A DNA stretch of 64,000 nucleotides from an uncultured Gemmatimonadaceae bacterium (lineage in GTDB: Bacteria; Gemmatimonadota; Gemmatimonadetes; Gemmatimonadales; Gemmatimonadaceae): the NCBI GenBank assembly GCA_963781585.1, contig CAWAGQ010000007.1, positions 288,001 through 352,000 of the forward strand, in the 5' to 3' direction. How positions within the stretch are numbered: position 1 is the first letter of the stretch; each line of letters begins with the position of its first letter. The notes under the pieces were generated by a model that was given only the letters and a program-made list of their open reading frames with translations, was not told the origin of the DNA and did no database searches. A program made the translations under genes and the position numbers. Positions 25,893 through 36,479 of this stretch are shown here, in pieces.

Positions 25893-27034
25893 TCAGACCT
25901 TGAGCAGTGCGTCGGCGATCGTCGCTATCTCGTCCGCCTCGCGCCACGCCTCCTCGAGGTCCTCCAGCTCGCCCTCCAGCGCACGACGCTCGCTCTCCTC
26001 GTGGGCGGCCATCTCCAGCGCCAGACGATCGACCAGCGGAACGTCGAGCAGGGCCGTCGCCGGCTCGCTCCCGATCCCACCGTTGCCCCAGAAGGTGCGG
26101 CCCGTCAGGCGGAAGGCCAGCCGCTCGACGTCGGTCGAGGCCACCTCGAGCGCGGTGACCGAGCTCGGCTCCGGGAGCGGCACGACGGCGAACCGGCTCC
26201 CCTTGTCGGCGCGCCCCCACGACGACCGCAAGGCGATCGCGAGCACCCGATTGAAGTAGCTGTCCGCGAAGGCGCTCTCATCCACCTTGTTCACCGCGGA
26301 CTCCAGCACGTCGTGCGAGAAGCCGCCGCCGCGCTCGGTGCCGTTGATGACCGCGAGCGCGCGTGCCGCGGCGCGCACGCCGTCGTCGCCTTCGATGGTG
26401 AGCACGCCGTCGTCGTGGGGGATGTGGAGCAACCACGGGCGCCCGGGCTCCGGGCGGACCAGCGCGGCCGAAGCGAGGTGACGGAAGCGCACCACCGCCA
26501 CCGGAGAATCGGGAGTGACCCCGGCCGTATCCGGCATGTGCATGAGGTCGAGCACGCGGTTGCCGTAGACCCTGAGGAGCAACTGCGCCATGGTCACCCC
26601 GGGCATCGCGATGCGCCGACCGCCGTGTCTGCTGGCGCAGCGAGCGAAGCGCGGCCACGAAGGTGGCCGCGGCGCGTTCCACCGCGCGCGCGCCGATCGG
26701 CGGCGCCGCGTGAGCACGCGGCCGTAGCGCCAGGCGGCCACCTCCGGTCGCAGCGCCGGCCCCACGCGGACCAGTTCCAGATCGCCGCGCAGCCAGGCGA
26801 GCCCGATGTTCCCCGAAGTGTACCGGAGCGAGGTGGCGCGGAACCGGCGCTCGCATTCCTCGACCGCTTCCAGCGTTCCTCGAGCGGTGCGAGGTTCCAC
26901 CGCGTGCAGTGCGGGCAGATGGCCCACAGGCAGCCCTTCTTCGGATCGAACGCCACCCGACGCGCGACGCTGAACGTCTCGAGGACGTCGTTCCGGCCTA
27001 GCGCGGAGTAGCAGAAGGTGCAGGTGGCGTACAT
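25893..27034 (-). CDS. hypothetical protein with N-terminal CxxC...CxxC zinc ribbon, frameshifted
   Basis: MYATCTFC...WAICPHCTRWNLAPLEERW; C-terminal RLALEMAAHEESERRALEGELEDLEEAWREADEIATIADAL. Confidence 0.7.
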
Positions 27035-27036
27035 AA

Positions 27037-27054
27037 ATGGGGTCAGACTCGATT
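27037..27054. repeat. isolated GGGTCAGACTCG REP-like unit
   Basis: ATGGGGTCAGACTCGATT matches the unit repeated at 54666-54771. Confidence 0.45.
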
Positions 27055-27247
27055 TTCCTGTGACCCACGGAAGGGCGCACAATGAGAATTCTACAGTGTG
27101 GCGTTGTGGTCCGCCTCTCGCCAGACGCCCTGGACCTCCGCGACGGTGGGCAGGGACTCGGCTCGTGGGCCCCCGCCCGAGCCGCGGTCAATGCACGGTT
27201 CAGCGATGAGGCGGACCCTCGGGAGTCGCCATGCTAGTTTTCCTCTC

Positions 27248-27810
27248 GTGAACGTATCCGACGCCGTCCGTGCACGACGCTCGATCAAGCGATTCGAAGA
27301 TTGTCCCGTATCGCGCGAGGAGATCGAAACCCTCCTGGCCGCGGCTGCGCTCGCGCCGAACCACCGCCTCACCCAGCCCTGGCGGTTCTACGTCCTCGGC
27401 CCCGAAGCCCGATACGCCTGGGGGGGCTCGCGCTCGGTGCGCGCAAGGCCAAGAAGCTCGAGGACCTGGAACGCGCCCGCACGCTCCGTGACACCGTGGC
27501 GCAGGAGCATCGCGCCCTCCCGGCCGCGATCGCGGTCGCCATCGTGCATAACGACGATCCGGAGATTCGCGACGAAGACTACGCCGCCGCCATGATGGGC
27601 GTGCAGAACATGGCGCTCACCGCCGTGGAACTGGGACTTGGCACGCACATCAAGACCGGCGCGGTGATGAACGACCCGGCAGCGCGTGCCGCGGTGGGCG
27701 TGGGCGACGACGAGCGGATCGTGGCGCTGGTGCACCTTGGCCTTGCGGCCAAGTCGCCGCCGCCGAAGAATCGGGAGGCGGCTTCGACCCTGACGACGTG
27801 GATTCCCTGA
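27248..27810 (+). CDS. nitroreductase family protein, frameshifted
   Basis: AVRARRSIKRF, ALAPNHRLTQPWRF, EDYAAAMMGVQNMALTAVELGLGT; frameshift in the G run near 27425. Confidence 0.88.
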
Positions 27811-27812
27811 AC

Positions 27813-28466
27813 ATGTTCATCGGTCACTACGCGCTGGCTTTGGGAGCGAAACGAGTCGCTCCCCGCACTTCGCTCGGCACGCTCTTCGCGGCCACGTCGC
27901 TGGCGGACCTGCTCTGGCCGCTGCTCCTGCTCACCGGGTGGGAACGTGTCACTGTTGTCGGCGGGAACGATCCCTTCCTGGGACTCTCCTTCGACTGTAT
28001 CCCATCTCGCACAGCCTGCTCGCGCTGATCGGGTGGGGTCTGCTCCTTGGCCTGCTCTACCGAAGCCGCACCGGATACGCGCGCGGCGCCCTGGTGGTGG
28101 GTCTTGTCGTGGTGTGCAACTGGCTGCTCGATCTCATCGTCCACGTACCTGACCTGCCGCTTTATCCGGGTGGCGCGAAAGTGGGCTTTGGATTGTGGCG
28201 TTCGCCGGCGGCAACCGTCGCGGTCGAAGGCCTGATGTTCATCGTCGGCACCTGGATGTACCTGCGCGGCAGTCGAGCGCGCGACCGGGTCGGACGATAC
28301 GGATCATGGTCGCTGCTGGTGGTGCTGATTCTCTCGTATGTCGCATCGCTGTTCTCCCGGCCCACCGCCATCCGTGACCGCGCTCGCGATTGGCGGGACC
28401 GTCTTTGGCTGGTTGTTCGTGGCGTGGGCGGCGTGGGCGGACCGTCATCGGGAGGCGATCGCCTGA
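27813..28466 (+). CDS. membrane-bound metal-dependent hydrolase-like protein, frameshifted
   Basis: MFIGHYALAL, LADLLWP, YPISHSL, WLLDLIVHVPDLPLYPGG, AWADRHR. Confidence 0.75.
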
Positions 28467-28635
28467 GTTGTGCGGGTCGCCACCTCGTCCCCACGCTTTC
28501 GAATCAGATGCGGCACGGTGCGGATGGCGTCGCGGCACCAACAAGTGGGCGCGCCGAATCGCGGCAGCGGTGACGAGACGATATCTTTGCCACCTGACTC
28601 ATCCGGAGCGCCATCGTGGATTCCCCGTCTGCGGT

Positions 28636-31600
28636 ATGCCGTCGGTCGTGCCTCGCGGCATTGTGGGAATTCTTCTGTGGGGGACACCGGCTGTCGCGCA
28701 GTCGCCGTTCTCGTTCCTCCAGTGGCGTTCGATCGGTCCCGTGAACACCAGCGGGCGCGTGGACGATATCGCCGTGGCTCGTGTACGCGGCCAGGCGGAC
28801 GCGATCTACGTCGCCACCGCGTCGGGAGGGCTGTTCAAGAGCGCGAACAACGGCATTTCGTGGAAGCCGGTCTTCGACAGCGTGGACGCGATGATGTCCA
28901 TCGGCGCGGTGGCGGTGGCCCCGTCGTCGCCGCAGACGGTGTGGGTGGGAACCGGCGAAGCGAACACGCGTCAGAGCTCGAGCTGGGGCGACGGCGTCTA
29001 CCGCAGCACCGACGGGGGCGCCACCTGGACCACTGCCGGTCTCCGGGACACGCGACAGATCGGACGGATCGTCATCGATCCCACCGACCCGAACATCGTC
29101 TACGTCGCCGCCCAGGGGCACCTCTGGGGGCCTAACGAGGAACGCGGCGTCTTCCGGACAACGGACGCCGGGCGCACCTGGAAGAAGGTGCTGTACGTGG
29201 ACGAGAACACCGGGGCCAACGATCTGGTCATCGATCCGACCGATCCCGAGACCCTCTACGCCAGTACCTACCAGCGGCAGCGTCGCACCTGGGGCTTCAA
29301 CGGAGGCGGTCCCGGAAGTGCGATCTACAAGACCACCGACCGCGGCGCCACCTGGAACAAGCTCACCACCGGGCTGCCCTCCGGCGACAAGGGGCGGATC
29401 GGACTCGCCATCTATATGAGTGACCCGCGCGTCGTGTACGCCACGATCGAGGCCGCTCCGGCTGCTTCGGGTTCCACGGACGGACCCGGGATCTATCGCA
29501 CCCTCGATGGCGGAACGTCGTGGGAGAAGATCTCGAACCTGAACGTGCGGCCCAACTACTACTCCGAGATCCGCATCGACCCGCGGGACCGGGACCACGT
29601 CTACACCCTCGGCTCCAATCGCGGCTTCTACTTCTCGGATGACGGCGGGAAGACGTTCACGGAACTCTTCAGCAACGTCCACTCCGAGGACCACGCGTTG
29701 TGGGTCGATCCCGACGCACCCAATCACATGATCGTGGGCGGCGACGGCGGGATCTCCATCTCCTGGGATCGCGGGCGCACCTGGGATTTCCGGCGCAACA
29801 TGCCGATCGGCCAGTTCTACGAGGTCGACGTGGACAACAAGGTGCCGTTCACGATCTGCGGCGGGTTGCAGGACAACGGCGTGTGGTGCGTGCCGAGCGG
29901 CGTCCGGAACCGGAACGGCATCGCCGATCGCGACGCCTGGAACATCGGCGGCGGCGACGGCTTTCATGCGCACTTCGACCCCACCAATCCGTCGCTGGTC
30001 ATTCAGGAGTCGCAGAACGGCAACGTGGCCTGGGTGAACATCGGGACGCTGGAGCGACAGGGGGTCCGGCCCGGGAGTGGCGAGCCGCCTCCACCTCCGG
30101 CGCCCGGCGGCGGCCGCGGCGGAAGGGGAGCGGCGTCAGGCGGTCGCGGTGGAGGGGGAGGGGGAGGGGGCCGCGGCAGCGGATACCGCTGGAACTGGGA
30201 CACGCCCATCGTCAACTCACCGCATGATCCGGCAACCTGGTACATGGGAGCGCAGGTGCTCTTCCGGAGCAGGGATCGTGGCTCGAGCTGGACGAAAATC
30301 AGCCCCGACCTCACGCTCGACATCGATCGCGACACGCTGAAAATGATGGGCGCGGTGGTCGGTCCCACTGCGCTCTCCCGCAACGACGGGCAGTCCAACT
30401 ACGGGTCGATCACGTCGATTGGTGAATCGCCGGTGGACGCGCAGGTGATCTGGACCGGCAGCGACGATGGCCAGGTGCAGGTCACCAGAGACGGCGGCAG
30501 CACCTGGACCAACGTGACGTCACGCATCCCCGGAGTGCCGCCGCAGACCTACGTGAGCACGGTCCTGCCGTCGCGGTTCAAGGGGGGACGGATCTACGTC
30601 ACGTTCGACGGGCACTACATGGACGACTACAAACCCTATGTCTTCGTGAGCGACGACTTCGGCGCCACCTGGCGGTCGCTGGCGGCCGGACTTCCCGAGA
30701 CGTCCATCAATCGGATCCGCGAGCATCCGCGCAACCCCCGCGTACTGGTGCTCGCCCACGAGCGCGGCGCGCACTTCTCCAACGACGGCGGCGCGACCTG
30801 GATTCCGCTCACCACCAACCTGCCGACGGTTCCGGTGGACGACGCGGTATTCCAGGAGCGCGAGAACGCTCTCGTGCTCGGCACCCACGGCCGTGGCATC
30901 TGGGTGCTGGACGACGCCGGCCCGCTCGAGTCGCTGACGGCGGACGCGATGCGACGCGACGCCGTGTTGTTGCCGATTCCGCGCGCGTATCTGATGAGCA
31001 CGTTTTCGCCGCAGGCGTGGTACGGCTACGGGGAGTACTTCTCGCCCAATCCCGAGTGGGACGCGGTGATTTCGTACTACGCGGGCCACGGCGCGAGCGG
31101 CGTGGCGACGATCGTGGTGAAGGACGCGTCAGGAGCGACGATCCGGACGCTGGAGGGTCCGGTCGCGAAGGGCGTGAACCGCGTCGTCTGGGACCTTCGC
31201 CATGCACCGCCGGTCGACTCGGCCAACGTGCCGGCCGCCGGGGGACGGGGCGGGGGCGGAGGCGGGCGCGGCGCGCCATCGGGCGTGACCGTGGTTGGAT
31301 TCTCGGGCGGTGGAGGAGGCGGTCGCGGTAACGCGCCGCTCGGCCCACTCGTTCTTCCCGGGCGCTATGCCGTCAGCGTCCGGGTTCCGGGAGTCACGGC
31401 GCCGCTCACCGGGAGCGTAAGCGTCGAAGCCGATCCGTTGACGCACATGTCGAACGCGGACCGACTGGCGCGGCAGGCCGTCCTCATGCGCATTTACTCG
31501 TGGACGAAAGCGTTAGGCGAGGCGCGTGTCGCGGCGAGAGCGCTGATGGGTCAGCGCGACTCGATCCGGGCGGACTTCCTGGGAGGCGGCACCGCCGATG

Positions 31601-31896
31601 CCGGCGCCCAAGCCGATTCGCTGAACGCGCGTATTACGCGGCTGGCGGCGGACGTGGACCGCGCACTCAACGCCGTCAACGGACACCGCGCGCCGATCGA
31701 GGGGTGGAGCGGGATGCCGACGGCCGATCAGCAGAAGGCGTTGGGGTACGCGGTCGCGGATGCGCGGAAGGCTCTGACCGAGTTGCAATCGCTGACCGGA
31801 AGCGATCTCCCGAATGCCTATCGACAGGTGACCGGAAGAGCCTGGGCTCGCGCGGTGAAAGCGCCCCCGCCGCCGCCCGGGGGAGGAGGCGATTGA
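28636..31896 (+). CDS. VPS10/sortilin-like BNR-repeat beta-propeller protein
   Basis: Signal-like N-terminus, WRSIGPVNTSGRVDDIAV, repeated SxDGGxTW boxes, GGLQDNG, GGGDG, YRWNWDTP, GTHGRG; Gly/Arg-rich inserts. Confidence 0.9.
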   Translation: MPSVVPRGIVGILLWGTPAVAQSPFSFLQWRSIGPVNTSGRVDDIAVARVRGQADAIYVATASGGLFKSANNGISWKPVFDSVDAMMSIGAVAVAPSSPQTVWVGTGEANTRQSSSWGDGVYRSTDGGATWTTAGLRDTRQIGRIVIDPTDPNIVYVAAQGHLWGPNEERGVFRTTDAGRTWKKVLYVDENTGANDLVIDPTDPETLYASTYQRQRRTWGFNGGGPGSAIYKTTDRGATWNKLTTGLPSGDKGRIGLAIYMSDPRVVYATIEAAPAASGSTDGPGIYRTLDGGTSWEKISNLNVRPNYYSEIRIDPRDRDHVYTLGSNRGFYFSDDGGKTFTELFSNVHSEDHALWVDPDAPNHMIVGGDGGISISWDRGRTWDFRRNMPIGQFYEVDVDNKVPFTICGGLQDNGVWCVPSGVRNRNGIADRDAWNIGGGDGFHAHFDPTNPSLVIQESQNGNVAWVNIGTLERQGVRPGSGEPPPPPAPGGGRGGRGAASGGRGGGGGGGGRGSGYRWNWDTPIVNSPHDPATWYMGAQVLFRSRDRGSSWTKISPDLTLDIDRDTLKMMGAVVGPTALSRNDGQSNYGSITSIGESPVDAQVIWTGSDDGQVQVTRDGGSTWTNVTSRIPGVPPQTYVSTVLPSRFKGGRIYVTFDGHYMDDYKPYVFVSDDFGATWRSLAAGLPETSINRIREHPRNPRVLVLAHERGAHFSNDGGATWIPLTTNLPTVPVDDAVFQERENALVLGTHGRGIWVLDDAGPLESLTADAMRRDAVLLPIPRAYLMSTFSPQAWYGYGEYFSPNPEWDAVISYYAGHGASGVATIVVKDASGATIRTLEGPVAKGVNRVVWDLRHAPPVDSANVPAAGGRGGGGGGRGAPSGVTVVGFSGGGGGGRGNAPLGPLVLPGRYAVSVRVPGVTAPLTGSVSVEADPLTHMSNADRLARQAVLMRIYSWTKALGEARVAARALMGQRDSIRADFLGGGTADAGAQADSLNARITRLAADVDRALNAVNGHRAPIEGWSGMPTADQQKALGYAVADARKALTELQSLTGSDLPNAYRQVTGRAWARAVKAPPPPPGGGGD

Positions 31897-32079
31897 CACG
31901 CGGGACGCGCTTCGGCGAACTCATCGGCTCGGCTGCCGCCCCGTCCACGGACCGCCGCTCCTGCGACGTCGCAGCCCCCGCAACTCAGTGGGAAGATGAC
32001 TTGTCGCGCGCGACGCGGCGTGCCAAGATCCCCGGGTGCGGCGATGCGCATCGGCCCCCATTCTGACAGGACGGACCTT

Positions 32080-32619
32080 ATGAAGACCACCCCCGCAGGT
32101 ATTCTGTGCCTCCTCTTCGTATTCGCGACGAGAAGTGCCGGCGCGCAAAGAGATGTCAAAGTCTGCTCCCTGCTCACCGCGAGCGAAATCGAAACGGGCG
32201 TGGGGAGCACGCCAGGCGCGCCACATCCCTCGAGCCACGTGATCGACGATGGACCCGCGAAGGGAGAGACGATGGACAACTGCACCTGGCCCGCGGGAGC
32301 TCCCCTCTCGATGTTCGCGATCAACGTGATCCCGGTGCCGGCGGGAGTGTCTCGCGAGCAGGGCATCGCGCTGATCAAGAAGTCATACACGGATCTGCTG
32401 GGCGAGGGGTGGACGGAGGAGAAAAAGGACTTCGGCGATGCCTATTGCACGCTTGTCTCGCCGCCAGCCGCCCAGGTCGGTCACGACCCCATCGTGAGCG
32501 CGTGCATCGGCGAATCGAAGGGACTCGGGCTCAGCGTCATGTACATGAGCCCCACGAAAAAGCTCACCCTGGACAATGTGAAGGGGTTGTACGATCACGC
32601 CGTCGGCCGCCTCAAGTAG
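32080..32619 (+). CDS. secreted hypothetical protein (DUF3558-like)
   Basis: Signal peptide followed by KVCSLLTASEI and paired cysteines. Confidence 0.55.
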   Translation: MKTTPAGILCLLFVFATRSAGAQRDVKVCSLLTASEIETGVGSTPGAPHPSSHVIDDGPAKGETMDNCTWPAGAPLSMFAINVIPVPAGVSREQGIALIKKSYTDLLGEGWTEEKKDFGDAYCTLVSPPAAQVGHDPIVSACIGESKGLGLSVMYMSPTKKLTLDNVKGLYDHAVGRLK

Positions 32620-32756
32620 CGTCGTTCGTGATTGTGCATCGCGCCGGCCGCGCCTCAACCGGCCGGCGCCGACGTCCGTCACAGTGCCATTCCTGCGCCG
32701 AGTTCAGGCCGATCTGAACTGACGCAGCGGGGGCGGGAGTCGCCGTCTCGGCGGAC

Positions 32757-32866
32757 TCACTCCTCGCGCAGCACGCGCGCCGGCTGCACCCGGCGCGCGG
32801 CCAGCGCCGGCACCAGCGATGCCGCCGCCGACACCGCCAGCAACGCCACGGCCGTCAGAACGGGGC
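32757..32866 (-). pseudogene. orphan 3' fragment of an ADOP-type ABC permease
   Basis: Reads PVLTAVALLAVSAAASLVPALAARRVQPARVLREE*, matching the C-termini of the other permeases in this window; no 5' part present. Confidence 0.7.
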
Positions 32867-32869
32867 GCG

Positions 32870-34189
32870 CTATTCCGCGGGACCCTTGCGCATCGGCATC
32901 GCGCTCTCCACCCAGTCGCGCAACCGCTCGAACGATTGCGCGCCAAGGCGCCGGTCGATCAACACGCCGTCACGGAAGAGCAGCGTGGTCGGCATCTGAT
33001 TGCGCCCTTCGGTCAGCAGCAGCCCCTGTCGGGAGAGCGGTACGCGGGGCACCGTGACGTGAAACTCAGCGAGCTGACTCGCGATGTCCCGTTCCAGACT
33101 CCCAGGATCCGCCGCCTCCACGATCGACAGCTCCGGCAGACGTGTCGCAAAGTACTCGCGCGCCTTTTCGAGATCGTCGAACGCGTCCCGGCTGTGGACG
33201 CTCCACGGCGCCCAGATCAACACCAGCCGGGCGCCGCGGGCCGGCGCCGGCGTTCCCGGGAAGATGTCCCCCCAGGTCCGCTGGTCCGGCAACTTGTCAG
33301 GTACGGCGGGAAGCGGCTCGGCCGGGATGTCCAGCACGCCGCTCGCCAGCATGAAGCCACGGTAATCGGGTCCGTCATAGCGGAAGCACAGCCTGCCGTC
33401 CTGGGTCCAACTGGGGAACAGCGCCGATCCCCCGAGACCGGGCAATGTGCGAACGGTGTGCTGCTGCACGTCGACGATGCGAATCTCGTACCCGGCGCCG
33501 TCCTCCTTGAGCGCGTGAAACGCGATGTAGCGTCCGTCCCACGAGAAATCGGCCTTCGCGCCCTGAATGCCTGTGTCGAAGACGTCGTCGCAGTTGTCGA
33601 GGCCGCGCACCACGACGTTACCCCGCACGAACGTCGTGATACGCGTGCCGTCCTTGGAAATCAGCGGCCGGTCGCCGGTGCCGATCTTGTCGCAGGATTT
33701 CACTTTCGAGGATGGCAGGACCGCCTTGTTGCCGTCGAGATAGTAGTAGTTGCTCTCGATTGTGAGGATCAGGTCCCTACCGCCGCGGACCGCCCAGCTG
33801 TAGTAGTCGCCCAGCCCGTTTGCGCTGGAGCTCACCACCGCATCACCGCTCTCCATGTTCCGGACCGTGACCCCCTCGTCACCGGAGTAGATCAATTGCG
33901 TGCCGTCGACCGACCAGTACGCGTCGATGCCGGGTGTACTGAACAGCACGCGCTTCATCGCGAGGTCAACCACCGTTTCGGTCCACTGCTGCGAGCCGCT
34001 GGCGACCCGGGCCGACATCTGCGACGCGTACACGAGGCGCCGGCCGTCGGGAGAGATCCGCGCGTAGGCGAACACGCCTTCCCGGGGATTGAGAGGATAC
34101 GCCGGAGCGTAGTGGGGTCCCTGCGGCCGGCCGTGTGTACCGCCAAACGCGAGTATGGGGAGTGCGACAAGAACCGGTGTGATGCGCAT
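32870..34189 (-). CDS. secreted PD40/TolB-like propeller with C-terminal thioredoxin-like domain
   Basis: ISPDGRRLVY, FSWDGRYIAF, PSWTQDGRL; C-terminal VLIWAPWSVHS...MPTTLLFRDGVLIDRRLG. Confidence 0.7.
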   Translation of the reverse strand: MRITPVLVALPILAFGGTHGRPQGPHYAPAYPLNPREGVFAYARISPDGRRLVYASQMSARVASGSQQWTETVVDLAMKRVLFSTPGIDAYWSVDGTQLIYSGDEGVTVRNMESGDAVVSSSANGLGDYYSWAVRGGRDLILTIESNYYYLDGNKAVLPSSKVKSCDKIGTGDRPLISKDGTRITTFVRGNVVVRGLDNCDDVFDTGIQGAKADFSWDGRYIAFHALKEDGAGYEIRIVDVQQHTVRTLPGLGGSALFPSWTQDGRLCFRYDGPDYRGFMLASGVLDIPAEPLPAVPDKLPDQRTWGDIFPGTPAPARGARLVLIWAPWSVHSRDAFDDLEKAREYFATRLPELSIVEAADPGSLERDIASQLAEFHVTVPRVPLSRQGLLLTEGRNQMPTTLLFRDGVLIDRRLGAQSFERLRDWVESAMPMRKGPAE

Positions 34190-34230
34190 GGATTACCAGC
34201 GGGATGAGAGGGATCGACTTCGTGGACGTG

Positions 34231-36180
34231 CTATCGGTTGTCGGGATTTCGTTTCGGCGCGAGATCCAGGGTGAAGACCGATGGCTGCAGCGACTCCCAG
34301 CCGAGCGACAGCACTGTTCGGTCGACGGGCGATACCGCGAGCTCGGGAGGCGGACCGTTCCGCACCTGATACGAGAACAGCTTCCGCACCGATTGCGTCG
34401 CGGCCGTCACCAGGAACACGCCGGGATCGCCATCCGGGCGGCGGTTCTCGGCGACGACCAGCTCCCGTCCTCCGCCCACGATCTGCATAAAGGGCCCCGG
34501 CGCGGCGAAGAACGGCAGGTGAATCGTCGTGCGGCTCGAGCCGTCGGTGTGCAGCAGGTCGATGACATCCATCTGTGCATTGGTTGCCGCGCGTGGATTG
34601 CGCCGCACGGCGAACCACGATCCGTCGGATGAGAGCACGGGGCCGGATGCAAACCCCGCCTGCTCGGGCAGAATCGTCGTTTCGGTGCTGTCGCCGGTCA
34701 ACGTCAGCAGCCGATACTCGTGCGGCCGGCTACGGACGAGGAGCGCACGATGCTCGTCGATCGCCACACCGACGCTCGGCAACTCGCCGAGCGCGACTTC
34801 GCGGAGTACGCTTGCCTTGCCATCCAATGTGAGCAGCCGGAAGATCACGCGTCGATCCGCGTCGGGTCCGCGGTACATCTCCGATACCACCACGCCGCGG
34901 GAGTCCATCAGCCACCGTATGACGGCCGTTTCCTCCTCCGCGAGGGTGTGCAACTGCACCACCTTGCCGGTCGCGAGTTCGACCGCCGAGATGTGCGGTG
35001 GGGCGTCGGCGAGAAAGCCCGTGTAGGCAATCCAGCGTCGATCAGGCGACCAGGCTATTCCGTCCGCGGCGGGCTCGGGCAGCGGAACCGACTGTTGCGG
35101 GGAGCCGTCTGCGCTGAGTATGCGGAGCTCGCCCTTTCCTGCGACACGCGCGACGAGCGCTATCGCCTTGCCGTCAGGCGACCACAACGGCCCGAACATG
35201 GGGTCGGTCGTCTCAAGCAGCACGCGCGATTGCTGGCCGGAGAGCGTCATCGAGCGCAAGCGGCGCACCCGACCGCCTGACGCGACCAGGACCGTCGAGC
35301 CGCGAAGCCATCCCAGGGCCGCTTGATTTGGCGGGAGCGTGAACGCGTCGCGGCGCCGGCCGTCGGCGTCCGCGACCACCCATCGCCGCACCCGGCCAGT
35401 ATCGATGTACGCGAGCGTCCTGCCGTCGGGGGACAATCCCGGCCAGAGTCCTTTCGCCGTCGCGACCACTGCAACCGGTCCACCGGAAACTGCAACGCGC
35501 CGAATCGTCCCCGCAGGCTGGCGATAGGGCGCCGCCAGCGGGAGACAACTCCACTGGGGGACGCACTCGACCGGCGGATTGACCCCGAAGTACAGCGTCG
35601 ATCCGTCCGGGGTCCATCGGATGTTCGCCACGCTCGACGGCAACGCCGCGACGACCACGCGCTCCATACCGCCGGTGATCGGGATGACGACGATACTCTG
35701 TCCAACACCGGTCGAGTCGTCGCGGGCGAATGCGACCGACCGGCCGTCCGGTGAAATCGACGGAACGTCGGCTCCGTTCGAACTGAGGCGCCGTTCGGGT
35801 CCCGCGGCGAGTCCGGTCTGCGGATTGAGCGGGAGCACCCAGACCTCGTGGTCCTTCGGCCGCTCTCCCGCTTTCGTGTACGCCAGCGCGTCCCGGGTTG
35901 GAGACAGATTCAGGTCCCAGGTACTTGCGGCGGCCAGGCGCGTCGGCGTCTTGCGCGCGCGATCGTACATCCAGATTTCGCCGGTCGCGTTCCGGAAGTA
36001 GGTGCGCGCGCTGTCCTCGGTCATCGCGACCAGTTCCATCGTTGCGTCGGGCGGAAACGCGTCGCGAAGTTCGCGGACCGGAGCCGGCGATTGCGCCGGG
36101 AGTCGCGTCGCGCCGTAAAGGAGGACCAGACCGGCTGCTGCCCAGCGATGCATGGGGCTCCGTCGCGGAAGGATGCGCAT
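34231..36180 (-). CDS. secreted TolB/PD40-repeat beta-propeller protein
   Basis: Signal peptide; repeats ISPDGRSVAF, WTPDGSTLYF, LSPDGRTLAY, WSPDGKAIA, WSPDRRWIAY. Confidence 0.8.
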   Translation of the reverse strand: MRILPRRSPMHRWAAAGLVLLYGATRLPAQSPAPVRELRDAFPPDATMELVAMTEDSARTYFRNATGEIWMYDRARKTPTRLAAASTWDLNLSPTRDALAYTKAGERPKDHEVWVLPLNPQTGLAAGPERRLSSNGADVPSISPDGRSVAFARDDSTGVGQSIVVIPITGGMERVVVAALPSSVANIRWTPDGSTLYFGVNPPVECVPQWSCLPLAAPYRQPAGTIRRVAVSGGPVAVVATAKGLWPGLSPDGRTLAYIDTGRVRRWVVADADGRRRDAFTLPPNQAALGWLRGSTVLVASGGRVRRLRSMTLSGQQSRVLLETTDPMFGPLWSPDGKAIALVARVAGKGELRILSADGSPQQSVPLPEPAADGIAWSPDRRWIAYTGFLADAPPHISAVELATGKVVQLHTLAEEETAVIRWLMDSRGVVVSEMYRGPDADRRVIFRLLTLDGKASVLREVALGELPSVGVAIDEHRALLVRSRPHEYRLLTLTGDSTETTILPEQAGFASGPVLSSDGSWFAVRRNPRAATNAQMDVIDLLHTDGSSRTTIHLPFFAAPGPFMQIVGGGRELVVAENRRPDGDPGVFLVTAATQSVRKLFSYQVRNGPPPELAVSPVDRTVLSLGWESLQPSVFTLDLAPKRNPDNR

Positions 36181-36479
36181 GAGAATGGCACCGCGGGGCG
36201 TGGGTGGGCAATGGTGTTGATCGTACGCCGAACCCGCTGCCGGCACTCATCGCACCCCGTGTCGCCCTGCGGCTACGAGTGCAGCGTAGATGCCGCACCC
36301 AAGTCGGCTCAGGCAAGAATGGCGCGCCTCGCGCGAATCCGAGCTCAATATGCTCAGCACGGCTCCGCGAATTGCTGACGTGAACCGTCTGCGGGACGAA
36401 CGGCACAACCTCCCGAACGGTGCCGCCGCGCGATGCGGTCACTCCGGCGGCCTTCGTTTCTGCACTCTTCGATTGCGCA

